This document shows positions 51,549 to 64,000 of a stretch of DNA of 64,000 bases, piece by piece. Within the stretch, counting starts at the first letter, position 1. Each line of letters starts with the position of its first letter. Both the position numbers and the translations under genes were made by a program. The notes beneath the pieces are model-generated. The model was given only the letters and a program-made list of their open reading frames with translations. It searched no databases and was not told the origin of the DNA. The DNA lies in assembly GCA_904063045.1 (NCBI GenBank), contig CAJFCJ010000005.1, positions 1,689,988 through 1,753,987 on the forward strand, written 5' to 3'. The stretch is from Dimorphilus gyrociliatus (Eukaryota > Animalia > Annelida).

Positions 51549-51815
51549 CTACAACAAACGTAGAAACACCGTTGCGATTATCAAACCAATACCATTGAAG
51601 ATCAAGTTCGATGCGGCACTTGGAGTTGTTTTTGCTGTTGGTACAGATTGTTTCATGGTAGTTTCCTGCCCTGCAGTTGATCCAACACTTATTCCGGGGT
51701 TCGCATTTCTTGTAGTTTGAGAACTTCCCGTAATAGTGTCATTTGGCGACATTGTGGTACAGTTAACTGCAACAACGAATAAAGCAAGAACAACACAGCA
51801 GATAACGGCCTTCAT
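51549..51815 (-). CDS. Small secreted Thr/Ser-rich, probably GPI-anchored protein (88 aa)
   Basis: Signal peptide MKAVICCVVLALFVVAVNC, T/S-rich core with an NDT sequon, small-residue omega-like site (PSAAS) and a hydrophobic C-terminus with no cytoplasmic tail. Confidence 0.75.
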   Translation of the reverse strand: MKAVICCVVLALFVVAVNCTTMSPNDTITGSSQTTRNANPGISVGSTAGQETTMKQSVPTAKTTPSAASNLIFNGIGLIIATVFLRLL

Positions 51816-53040
51816 TCTGTTAAGAACAATATAACTTCAGTTATGAAAAACTAAGAATGATATGAAATTCAAAGTTTATATGACGCAAAGTAAAAGTTTT
51901 GCGTTATTAAACGTTATGTCTTCTTTCAGTAAAAGAAAGAGAAAACGTACTGTATTCTTTAAATACAGAGCAGAAAGTACGAAATTTTCTGCTTAATACG
52001 TAAATATATACTGAAAAAAGTAGATTTAATTACTTTTTAGTATCTTTTTGTAGTTAAACTTTAAAAAAAACTTAAAGTGCTTTCCTCAATACCTGCTAGT
52101 TAAATGAGCATTTAATTAAATTTGATAAGCACTCCTTTATGAAACGATCGTTCACGTGCTGAAATTAATAAAGATTAAAGTACTTTAAATTAAAAATATC
52201 TTTTCTTTATTTGGTTTTGATCTATATATTTCATATATTTTTGATAAATATGGGCGTTTCAATTGTGTAAAACTTAGAATACAATTAGGTCATTAGAATA
52301 TATTAGTAATAACTATATTAGCTTAAAAATTGAAACGTAATAAGTCAATGTCACTTAATAAGACGTTGTTAAATACACTCTTTTGCGAGAGTTTCAAAGG
52401 TGCCGAGTCATCCTCTTGCTTTTCACTTAATATAAATTTTCATGTCATAGTTACTCGTTATCTTAAAATTGACAGTAAATAATATATACTTCAATTTGGT
52501 CCCACATTCCTTCTACTTAATGACTCGAATGTCAAAAAACGTTTAAGAACATCAAATATTATATAAAACAGAGAAAGTTTCTGGAAATGTAACCAGTGAA
52601 GATATTCTCTAAGGGGGCTTTGCGGTAACAGAGCCTTGGATTAGTTTTAATCCATATTCGAGCGTGGAATTTTAAACTGGAAACAGGAATAACCAATTTT
52701 TAACCCTTTACTCTTCGATTTTACAAGTTTGAAATATATAAAAGATTGTGCTCACATGAAAGAAACTTCAAAGATAAGATATAAGATACACAATTATTTA
52801 TTAGTTCATAGTTAATATTAATTTGCTGTTGTACATTAAGTTATTACGAAACAATAATCATTTGGTTTGCTGGGCGCCGATGCGAATTATTATACGAAGA
52901 GATATTAGACACATCTACCTGTTTAAAAATTTAATTGTTATCTATGTGCTAATAGCGTATAGCTTTTACTCTTAGGTCACTGACAACAACTACATGCTTT
53001 ATAATTTTATATTTGAACGAAATGTTTAATTTTCCTCAGT

Positions 53041-56000
53041 TCATTTCTGACGGCAGACCAATACAGGACAGCAGCAATGATGGACAACGTAATCGCTAAC
53101 GGAACCCATAATGGTTCGACGTAATTTACCCAAGCCGCGAGTACCTGTGCAAAGAAAAAATAATCGTCTTATTAATGTTAAATACAGTATATCGAATACA
53201 GATGGCGCCTACATATTATACTTTGAAGCAAATTTTACACAATACTCTATATGTAGACTATGCATATCGTGATATAGTGTATAAACGGTATGTATGTACA
53301 TATATTAGTATATTTATTTATATATACTGTATATATATATAATGTTTTTGTTTCCTCCTTCACACATTTTAAATTAAAAGCACCGTGGATAGTTAATTTC
53401 CTCATCTGGCTATATCTCTAAGAATTTTATTCAATTAATTCTTTTGAGTAGAAACATACGGCGATTTGTTTTTTTTTCAGTCTTCAAGCATAGATAGCCA
53501 TCCTGTTAATACTTGATTATTTACCGGTGATTTTATGTTATAAATAAATAATCTAAAAGAAGAAAAATGGTAAAAACAGGATGGAATGAAAAATAAAGCA
53601 AAGGAGCAAAAATCATTAAGGAATCGGAGAAGAATCAAATATAAATATATATAAAAAATAATAATGATAAAAAAGGTCTATAGCTTCTTTTTGATAAGTT
53701 AAATCTAATGACTAGATAGATTTTTTATTATTCTACGTAATATTGTTAATGCAATACTATTTACTAATGATAGAAAGATAAAATAAAAATTAGACATCTT
53801 CCTCCATTAATTAGTTATCAGGAAGCATTAGTAACATTTTTCGTTGGTACTGATGTAAAAAGCCTATTTAGGATGCTACAAAATAAAATAGATGCTAATA
53901 TATAAATCAGTATTAATCGATTTACAAATTGTAACAAAAAAAAGAGGAAACATTTTTTATAAAAGCTCAAAAACTGATGGTAGAGCTTTGTTATAAATTT
54001 TTGTTTGTTACGTTACATCAAGTATGAGTGTGTAATAGTGAATATTAAAGATAAAAATTATTAATTTTACCCATGACTACGTAGCTAGCACTCTTATTCT
54101 TAGCTAGTCCGCAGAGAAATTCTCCTGGTTTCTCTACCTCTTCTTCCCATTCGAATTTATCGATGTTTGAGGCACGCAATTTCTCATCGTATTTTTCTTT
54201 CAATTCCTTACTTTTCACTTGTCCAGCTTGAGTTTGTTGTTCCCATGACTCTCTTGTAGGCATAGATGGTGCTTCAATGCTATGGGCCAAGATTAACCTG
54301 TTACCAGCCTTATGAAGATGCTTGGTGTACCCTGGATATATTAATATCAAGATATATTTATACAATGCTAATATACAGAGTTCCAATCTTATATAAATAG
54401 ACGCTCTAAGATTATATGCGATATATATAAATATGCAGTATGTAGAGACAGAGTTTTTTACCCATGTTCGCAGACTCTAAAAGAATTTATTCATTTTCAC
54501 GCTACACAAGTAATGAGACGCAACAACAAATACGTTATCAATCCGCTTCAGCTTCCTCCCCTCCCCCCGTTCGTTCCATCTTCCTCTTTTCGGCCTATAT
54601 CTACGTTTATTCATCGTTTGGGAGTAGAAAGCGTCACTTAGACGCTCTATACCTAAAATTTTCACTGGCAATCAGTTCTGAAAATACCACTAACTGAGAG
54701 GGAATCTTTCCGTTTGTCTTTCTCTCGTATTGAATTAATCTTAATTGGTAACTACAGGCTGCGTAATTGATTCCGTTGGGCAAAGTCGTAACAAGGTCGT
54801 CCATAAAAAAATCTATTTAATAAAATTACTACAACTGGGAAAACGTATATGATAATATAAAAAGAATAATTTTTATGATCTTTCCTCTCAATATAAAAGC
54901 AATATTATTGACTATATTTTATCATTCTAATATATACAGTATGTCTATGCATCTACATGAAATCTAGTATCAATCATTAATAGCGAGAAAAGATTCTTTA
55001 TGTTTTTTCTTTTCAACATTCCTAACCTATTTACTTCAATAAAAATGACTATAAAAGCGTGACGTTTCCTAAGCATTCCGTCCCCCTTCTAAAGGTCAAA
55101 AAACAAGACACGAGAAAATAGTAATAAATTTACATAATAAAATTTTCACTATTATTCGTTTTAATTCGTAATTTAATATAATCTAAGTGTTGAAAAAAAT
55201 AGTAAATGTATTGAAATATACAACACCGGTATAAGCTTAATACATGTTATTTATTAGAAATATTATTCTAAATCTTTTTAAGACTATATACTTGAAGTAA
55301 AATAGGGATTTATTCATTACTTAAAAGAGTAGCTATCTTTACAGCTAACACCATTTCGTTATGGTTCCAAATTACTTTCACGCTTTTCCTGTAAGTGGGA
55401 AAAAAACAATCTGAACATCTTTTTAGAGTCAACTTCATTCTATTGTAGGTTTTTTTTGTTCAGTATAAATTACATTCTTTTTCTTTCTTCTGTTAACCTC
55501 GTTTTTCACCTCTATTTCGTTTTTTTTTTAAATAAAGAAAGCTACAAAAGGCAAATCGATATACAAACTGTTGGGCAGTCTGGCCTGTCTTTACATCAAG
55601 ACCAAAAATACAAAAAAGTTGTTTTTTCATCACGTTCAAAAGGATAATACTGACTGGGTTTTTTTCCCCCTTTTGCCTTTCTCTACTATAATAGAACGTT
55701 AAATAAAGAACACGTAGATAAATTATAAAGTCAAATAGGCCAAAAAGTAGAACAGATTTATATTGAAGTAAAAAATAGCAAAAACACAAAATTCTAATAT
55801 TACTTACTAAGAATAGATTATAAGAATATTTAATTTATTGTTTATTGTAACGCTAACAAAAGTGCTATTTTCCCTTCAGAACTATCGATTAAATTGATTA
55901 ATCGATGAACAAAAAAGAAGAGCATGCGTTAAGAGATAAAATATTCGAATGTCATAAAAAAAAGGCCTATACAGAGATATAAATAACATTGTGAAGAGAA

Positions 56001-56126
56001 AAAAATTGTTAAAAGGTCAAATACAAAAAAAAGTCAATTTTTAGAAGAAAATATTAACTTACATTCAAAAGCCTCTTCTGCTTGTTTGCTGCCGTCTACG
56101 GCTATGATTACTAATTCGCCGCTCAT
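53041..56126 (-). CDS. Universal stress protein (UspA-like), 3 exons
   Basis: Exon 1 MSGELVIIAVDGSKQAEEAFE-W, exon 2 YTKHLHKAGNRLILAH...KPGEFLC...YVVM-G, exon 3 TRGLGKLRRTIMGSVSDYVVHHCCCPVLVCRQK* (G-x2-G-x9-GS motif). Confidence 0.92.
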
Positions 56127-56269
56127 TTCCTTTTAGTTTTAAGACCAAGTGGACAAGTTAGAGAATTTTTGTAAAATGGAATAAAGTTATACGGACAACA
56201 CGCGCCAAATTATCAAATACAATGGACGTTCGCTCTCCTCTGCTCATGCGCTCTGCTACGTAATCAATA

Positions 56270-56279
56270 GTCACGTGAC
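56270..56279. promoter_or_regulatory. Perfect GTCACGTGAC palindrome (CLEAR / E-box) upstream of the USP gene
   Basis: Lies about 145 bp upstream of the USP ATG. GTCACGTG also occurs upstream of MRGBP (14225) and FARSB (63818). Confidence 0.5.
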
Positions 56280-59200
56280 TTTTCTGCTTTTGTATTTTTT
56301 TAGGCGGGAAAAATGAATAGACATATAAGAATTTTATAAATTTTTCACTTTTAATAATGCTTTCAGAAGGATATCAGTATTAATGTGGAAAAACAGGCTA
56401 TATGTCTAATTTCTATAATAAATAGGCAATTTGTGGCGACCTCTATTGGTTTTTCATCTTCCTTATTTTTTTCTATATTGAGTACGACTTGAAAATCAAG
56501 TGCAGTACCATAATCCAGGGTACAATCAAATTTAATACCTATGCTAATTGTTACGTACTTGTGATGATATATGCATAGAAATAAGATTGTTTTCTTCTAA
56601 CCTTTTTATATTATGTAAATGGAAAAAAGTGGAGAAAGATAAATAATATGATTATGCGCATACAAATAAACTGGAAAATATATGAAAAAGGATATAATTT
56701 TCTCTCATAACATTTATATCCTTTAAATTATTGGAAAAGAATTAATAATAACATTAAATATTCTGTGAAATTCTTACAGTTGGCTACTAAGGTGCAGACT
56801 TAGTCAATTATATCTAGATTATAAAAAGGTTTTCATCTTTAAAGCCTATATCAGCCGTTGAAAGGTTTCTTAGCATGTAGAAAATTCAATTCAATCCTAG
56901 TTTACTTTAAGATATTTTATGTGTTTTTTTTTTTGTTTTTTATTTTGGCTATTAATTAACATATTTATTAAATTCGTATTAAATGACATTATACAGAGAA
57001 CATTAAGGTAATATCCCTTAGATTTAATGCATACGTAATGAGAGAAACGTATAAGAGTAGTTTTAATTATTTATTAATTCTATTGTTATTTAAAAATGTT
57101 TATAGAGGATAAAAACCGCAGAGGTACATTAAAGCTTTTCCGGTAAAGCCAGATAAGGAGGACGGTTAAAATGGATGACAAATGCATCTGGTTTTTTTTT
57201 ACAAGAGTCTTCAAGCTTTAATTCTTCTTAAAATTAATGGTTAAATACTCCCTTCCTCTAAATTTCATTAAATTATAATAATAATTTCTAAAAATAATAA
57301 TAAATCTACTTATAAAAGCTATTGTCAAACCGCCTAAAAGTGGTAAATCACTGGAAAGACGAGCCTTTCGACAACTAGAAGAAGAACAGAGAGAGAGAGA
57401 GAGAGAGGGAGGAAAAAAAAGGATTAGTTGATTTATTTCCATTAACCTTGAGCTTTATAAAATTTAATAAAGATAAAAGAGACTTCCTATTCTATCTGCT
57501 TTACATAGCTGTACATATAATGTATATATACCATTTAAATTATAGTTTAAAGAAAAATGATATAATTAACAGGCGATATACATCTACAAAACATCTGCAT
57601 ACTTTTGTCAAGAGGTTTTTATCATGGTAAAAGCATTTCTATTTAGAATGAGCTATAGTTTTTTTTGTATAATTTCAAAGTCCATTTCCTTGTAGGCAAT
57701 ATACAGGAGCATAAGGATATCTGATAAAATACAATAAACCTTGTTATTCGGACTTGGCGAAACCGAAAAAGTTAAAGATGAAGCCGATTTCATACCAATC
57801 TCTCCAGCAATCTTATGAACTCAATAAAAAAGTTAAATGGAATAAAGGAAAGGATTATGCTAATGCTAACGTTGGGGTTTCTTTGTTACGTTTTAAGTTT
57901 TTCTTCAATGAAATGCAATATAACAGTTAAAATTTCTTTCTCTCTCTCTCTCTTTTTAATGGTTTCTTTGTTGGAAAAAGGATCATTGAACCTATTAGGT
58001 CTGATCAAACAAAAACTAAATAACAATTGATTGAATAACAAACGCTTTTATACAAAAAATAGAGACTTAAATAAGGATACTTAACCTTTTCATCAGGTTT
58101 CAGTTATTCTCACCGGCTCTTTAAGTTGAACAAATCTGTAATAGCTATCTGCTATTGTATCAAAAGTTCAAATTACTAGAAGATCATAATATCTACTCTC
58201 CGATGTATAGTGGATTTAAAATAAATTGAAGGTTGTTGTTTAAAACGCTATTATCTAATTATATCTTTATTTGACAGTACATCAATACACTAATTCCTAA
58301 TTAAGATTTTGCATTGAATATTGCTAGTGTGAGCATTTTTTTCAATTATAAGGGCCAAGGACAATTCCCTTTGTAGACATATAAATTAAATTCTCAATAA
58401 GATGCTGCGATCTATTCAAAAGCTAAAGGATAGGGAGAGAGAGAGAGACGGAGGAAAATATTCTCCCCAGCGAACGAAATTAAATGATGGATAAGAAACA
58501 GAGAAGGAAACAAAATAAATGACTTTTTTATACAATTTTGACATACAGTATATACTATATATAAGTATTTATACAATTTTCCCATTTCATAATAGTTAGA
58601 TCCCTATAACTGGACAGCTAACCAGATAGATAGTTACTCTACTGGGAAAAGAAATTACTTCCTCTTTATTTCTATATTTAATTGTACTGTTTTCGTTTTT
58701 TTATGCAATTCTAGGTAATAATTACAAACTTAGAGACATCTTGTTGTCAAACAAACATCCTAATTCTGAATTAGATTGAGAAGAAAATGAAAAAAGTGAG
58801 GAAATCATAAATATCTATATTTAGAGGATATTGCTAGTGAATTTCTAACAAAATTATTGATATATTCTAACACACATATTATTAAATTATTAGGGAGAAA
58901 TTGAAAAAAATTTTACTCTGATATAATCTATTTGTACCCGAATAGGCAGCATCTACCATACAATTATTAGGAAGGAGTGTCGACTAATAAGATCAAGCTA
59001 AATGTGTTTGCTGTACAATCAGCATCAGTTACAAAGTGCTAATGATAACATCAATCAAAAATGGCTTGTTACCTAATAATTTTTACAATAACTTTATTAA
59101 TATTTCAAATTTTATTCTACATTTCTTTTCTTTTCTGTTTCTTTTGAATATAAATAGATTTATCATGTGTTTTCTCTTACAAAAAGATATCATGTTGCAT

Positions 59201-61084
59201 AATGTAGTTATTAAAAGATATCAATGATTGTTTATATTTCTTAGAAGAAGCAACATCTGCTTTGAATGATTTTAGGGAGAGGCAATAATATTTTTGAGAG
59301 GTATTACATGATCTTCAGGAAAAGTAATCGCATTTGTATTACAAGTGGTGTTTTTTTTACATTTTCACTATACTGATACGAATAAAGCATCTCTAAAGAG
59401 AAGATATTTGTATGAAAATTGAATCAACTAGATTGTTGAAGCGAGAGAAATGTATAAAAGCAAGAATATCAATCTCATATTTCCATTTTGCTGTTGTTAG
59501 TATAAAAATAATAAAAAAATTAAATACTACACAATAAAAAAATTGGTATTAAACATGTCTTTAAAATGGTTTCTACTTATAGTTTTGATAAGAATACGAT
59601 TTGTCTTGATGTTGTTAGGTTCTGAAAGAAACTTGGTCACTTTTTATGTTAAATTATCAGACTAATAATGAAAAGATGCGTAAAAGAGAAGCACAGACAT
59701 ATACAGATAAGGAAAGAGTAAATTACAATTTTCCAATACCTAACCAACCGTAAGATTCTTTCTTATTTAGGTAAGAGATTTTTTTTTATTTATTTTTACT
59801 TTGTAAGCATCGAATTACGGTAAACATTTTCCTTTCCTAAATCCATAACATAAGAAACTGTATAACTTAAAGAGTTATTTATTATTTTGACAAATGATAG
59901 AAAATTCCTCAGATGTAAAACAATCTTTCACTCAAAACAGTAAGATTAACAGGCCATTTAGCTATGTATTTTCAACTTTATAACATAGTCTTATTCTAAA
60001 GAGGTATCAAGTAACAATAATACTATTCTGCTATTTTAAGTTTGTCGTTGTTTTAAAACAAAAAAAGAAATCCCCATTATTGCATCAAATATTCAAGGCT
60101 TGGTCATTAAATTAGTTAAATTAATAATAGTCTTTTATCCGGTAGATGTCATATTAGCCTGGTTCTTTTTTTAGAAAATTAAAAACAATATCTAAATCAT
60201 CATTCTTAGACAAGAAGCGAAGGTTAGAGATAATGGTAATGAGAAGTAAAAGCGTGGGAGGGGATGGAAAGGTTGGGTGAGCTGAAGATGCTAACTTATA
60301 GCTTTTTTTAGCCATAATATGCAATTTCATTATAAGTTAAAGGTTTTTTTCTATCGAAAGGACTGAATCTTGACAAATCTCCGTCAGAAAACCAATTTGG
60401 GCAATATTCAAATGAGGGAAAAAATGAACCCACTTTTAAAAGAGAGAATCGGATTTATTTAAATAGGTTTCTATGGTGTTTGTACATCCTTAAATTATCG
60501 AAAGCTAATTATAATAAAAGCTGCTAACATTAATCCAAGTAAAGCTCTTTCCTGTTATTAGATTGAACTTCCCTCATCATGAAAGAAGAGTTCTTGATTG
60601 ATAAACTTTACATCTATTCCTTGAACTATGGTACTAAATTAAGCATATTTCTTAAAATGTTAGGAGAAACGAATTTCTTTTTTTTTGTCCATTACTATTG
60701 TCGAACGGCAATCGATATAATTAATATAATTTATATTCTAGAGTATTTCAATAGAAGGTAAGCTTAATTAATTGATCTGCACACTAATACCATATTATAT
60801 ACATGAAATGGCAATTAGTGCTTTATTGTAAATACAAAATTACTAGAGCCTAAATATAAATCAAGAATATTTACCCATTTTCATTGATAGATGTGCTGTT
60901 ATAGAATTATAGTATTTAATTTTCTAAATGAAATATTTTTAATGTTTAATACAATATCTCTATACTAGAGAAATACAAAAAATTTGACTTTGATGTTCAA
61001 ACTTGAGACATATTTTACTTATCAAAACAAAGATAGTAAGCAATAGATCAATCAAACTATATGGCTTATATTTCATCGAGATAT

Positions 61085-63607
61085 TTATAAGAAAGGTTCA
61101 ATGTTTATTTCCAGGGCTGAGCATGGTTTGCTTAAATGGAAATTTTTGATAACATCGGGATGTAAAATTCCAAAAAAGCCTATTGATTTTCCTCTTAGGA
61201 ATACTTCAGCGCACCTTCCAGGAAAGAATGTTGGATTGTCAGAAGGTTTAATTTGATAGCCATCTTTATCGTCTTGTTTCGTTTCTAATAGCTCCATCAG
61301 ACGATCTAAGAGGCCATGAACAACTTCGAATCCTGATGTATTGTTATAATAAACGGCACAGAAATGACGCCAATTTCTAGCTCCTACCTCTGTAATTAAA
61401 TATTGTATAAAGAAAATGTAATAAGATGAAAACATTTGTAGTTTCACACCTGCTGTATCATCTTTTACAACAACATCTGAGATATCAAAGAGCTTCAGAG
61501 GGAGTGGCATCATATTATTATGGAATATAGACTTTAATAGCCCAGGTAGTAGTGTTGTTCTGGCTACTTGAAATTCAAAAGTTGCCGGATTGGAAATATG
61601 AACCGCATTTTTTAATCCTAATTCCTGTCTCAATCCCGTAGATATATCTTCTCTAGAGCACTAAATAATAATAAAGTTACTTAATGAAAGATTTACGGGC
61701 TTTAAAAAAAAACTCTTTTTACCAATGAAAAGGTAAGAGCTTCAGTGAACCCAGCTGCGGCAATTTCTATTCTTAGCTTATCGGTTATCTTATTAAGTGG
61801 AAACTGCATTTTACAAAGAAAAACAGTATTATTATGATTAAAATAAAAATGTAATTTATTTAGCTGTAACCTGGTTAGCTATGGTTGTAGTATCTGGTAC
61901 TTTCATTTCAATATTATTATAGTCATAAGCAATTCCAACATCTTCTATAATATCGCAAGGATGGATAACATGTGTTAGAAGTTAAGGCGAATAATATAAT
62001 ATATAAAAGTATCAGTTGCATAAATAATAAATTGGTATATTAAAAAAGGATATCATGTCTAGTTGGTGGAACCTCAACTTCCACTGTTTTGCCGTCATCT
62101 ACCAGAGTAGACGTTAATGACATTTTTGTCAATAACTTGGCGATTTTATCTGAATCTGCCCTGATAAAATATTCAAATATTGTAATTTTCAATAAATATT
62201 AAATATATTTTAATATATTTTTCCTTACTGTATTCCCAATGATTTGTTGATTTCAGCAGTAGATACTCTCTCCTTTCTGTAAGATAATTCCTAAACAATG
62301 AAAAGAGAGATTAACAATGATAATTAGATGATAAATTAGCTGGGCAGTTTACAAACAGGATAAAGATAACTTTTTCCATCAGGATAAACAACTTCAACAT
62401 TCTCACATACAAATTGTTCTTTGCAGTGTTCGCTAAACATTGTTATTATAGTATCAAGAACAATAGTAGCTTTATTTAAATCAGTAGCTGTACTCTCGAT
62501 AAAAACATTCTTTGTATTTAAGGTAATCTTCGAATGCTCCCCTAAAGTTAACAAAAAGATAAAGCATGAAAACAAGATATGATATAAATCACTAAAAAAG
62601 ATATTTAACCGTTTATAATTGGAGGCATCGACAGCACAACCCCATTTTTATCATAGATAACAGGGTAAACAGGCTTGTCTCGTATAATTGATAAATATGG
62701 TCTTAAATGCGTTTTCTATAAAAGATACTATAAAGTTTATTTAATTTTATATTAATTTATACATACTTCAAAAATTTCCATCATTTTCGTAGCTGTATAC
62801 TCTTGATCATGACCCAATGGTTTGAATTTTATATCTTCGGGCTTCTTTGCATTGTAAGTGAAGGGTCCTTGAATTGTATCCAAGTCATGTGTACCAATAG
62901 CTACTAGAGAGCGCACTCGACAAATGTTTCTATGCAATTTGTCCTGAAGATCTATGAAGCTTTGATAAGATTCTTTCGTAAAAGTTATATTGCGAAGAAT
63001 AGCAGATACTGCAAAAGGTCGGACTTGTGAAGTCTGTAATAAAAAAATGATGTCTCTTTTTGAATTATCGTTCCATATTTCGACTGCTTAACAAACCGAT
63101 GGTTGGATCAGAAGCTTATGGATATTTTCTTTACCGGGATTGATAGCTTTGTATTTTGGAGCAATCATTCTGTATGAATAAATAGTTAAAATAGCGGATT
63201 CGAATAATTTTAAAACGTACTTGTTTTGAAATACAAGAAGGCCTCTGGTTAAGCCTTCCATGCAGAGAAGATCATATCTGGAAGTAATAATAGTAAGATA
63301 AGACTAATACAGGAAGATTCAGATGATAAAAAGTACCTATTAGCTGGCACGTCAATTTTGTAAATTACATCATCAGATGCATCTTTTGCCTTATCATCAC
63401 CCTGTTCTCTACTAATAATCTCTTTTTCAGACGTAACCTCATCCAACTCTAATCCGAAAGCAAAACACAAGTCTTGGAATTCATCTTCGGCTGTTGAGAA
63501 GCTTTTGACTTTCAATTATCGTTCACAAAATATAAGCTTTCTCACTTACTATATTCTTTATTTAACGCTTTGAAGAGTTCATCTCGCTTTACCCCAAGAG
63601 TCGGCAT
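61085..63607 (-). CDS. FARSB: Phenylalanine-tRNA ligase beta subunit, multi-exon
   Basis: [99 protein letters not shown]. Confidence 0.97.
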
Positions 63608-64000
63608 GTTAGAGTAAGATGTTATATAGTAATTTTAATTACAATGAAAGAAATTAATTATTTTTTTATCTGATGCAACGCCACGGCAACTGGATTTGCA
63701 AAACACACTAGTGTACCGGAAGCAAAATATGGTGCCTATTCCATTTACGGAGTTATTCATAAAAATACGTAGGCGATCTATGTGCAGGCTATTGATAGCG
63801 ACCTCTACAGACCTAAAGTCACGTGCACTGTTTAACCAATAATCTCAAAGAGTGACACATCTCTGGAGAAGTAGCCCGGCCTAGGTAAATTAGAAAGGAA
63901 AGAACTACGTGATCGTTATAATAACAAAATTTGCCTAATCAACAAACTATACAAAAGGTATTAAAAGTTTGTTATTGAAGGATTAATGAATCAGTAAGTT

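Noticed and set aside
52612-52655. GGCT...AGCC hairpin resembling a histone stem-loop
   Set aside because: Loop and stem do not fit the 6-bp/4-nt histone consensus and there is no histone gene upstream.
1-64000. CRISPR arrays, rRNA, tRNA, spliceosomal snRNAs, intact transposons
   Set aside because: None seen: no regularly spaced direct repeats, no cloverleaf or rRNA signatures, and no transposase or reverse-transcriptase ORFs.

Overview
AT-rich, gene-dense eukaryotic DNA with many very short (about 50-80 nt) GT-AG introns. This fits a compact invertebrate genome, probably lophotrochozoan (inference from the FMRFamide-receptor-like GPCR, an animal USP gene and a divergent ionotropic receptor). 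About 20 genes can be rebuilt by hand from the ORF fragments: TMEM234, a tandem RGS-like protein, DCXR, CHMP4/Snf7, a peptide GPCR, MRGBP, an intronless casein kinase 1, DNAJC4, an ANKLE1-type GIY-YIG nuclease, an SLC44 choline transporter-like gene, a decayed PIPOX, a low-complexity unknown gene, a disrupted ionotropic-receptor-like gene, WDR74, UVRAG, shugoshin, two C2H2 zinc-finger genes, fibrillarin, a small GPI-anchored peptide, a USP and FARSB. The most striking unexplained structure is the 2.9-kb first intron of MRGBP. It is packed with repeated hairpin / ANANNA / hairpin / ACA units and looks like a polycistronic intronic H/ACA snoRNA cluster. A separate, strongly base-paired GC-rich element of about 250 nt lies just downstream of MRGBP. 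All structures, splice models and homologies were assigned by eye; no database searches were run.
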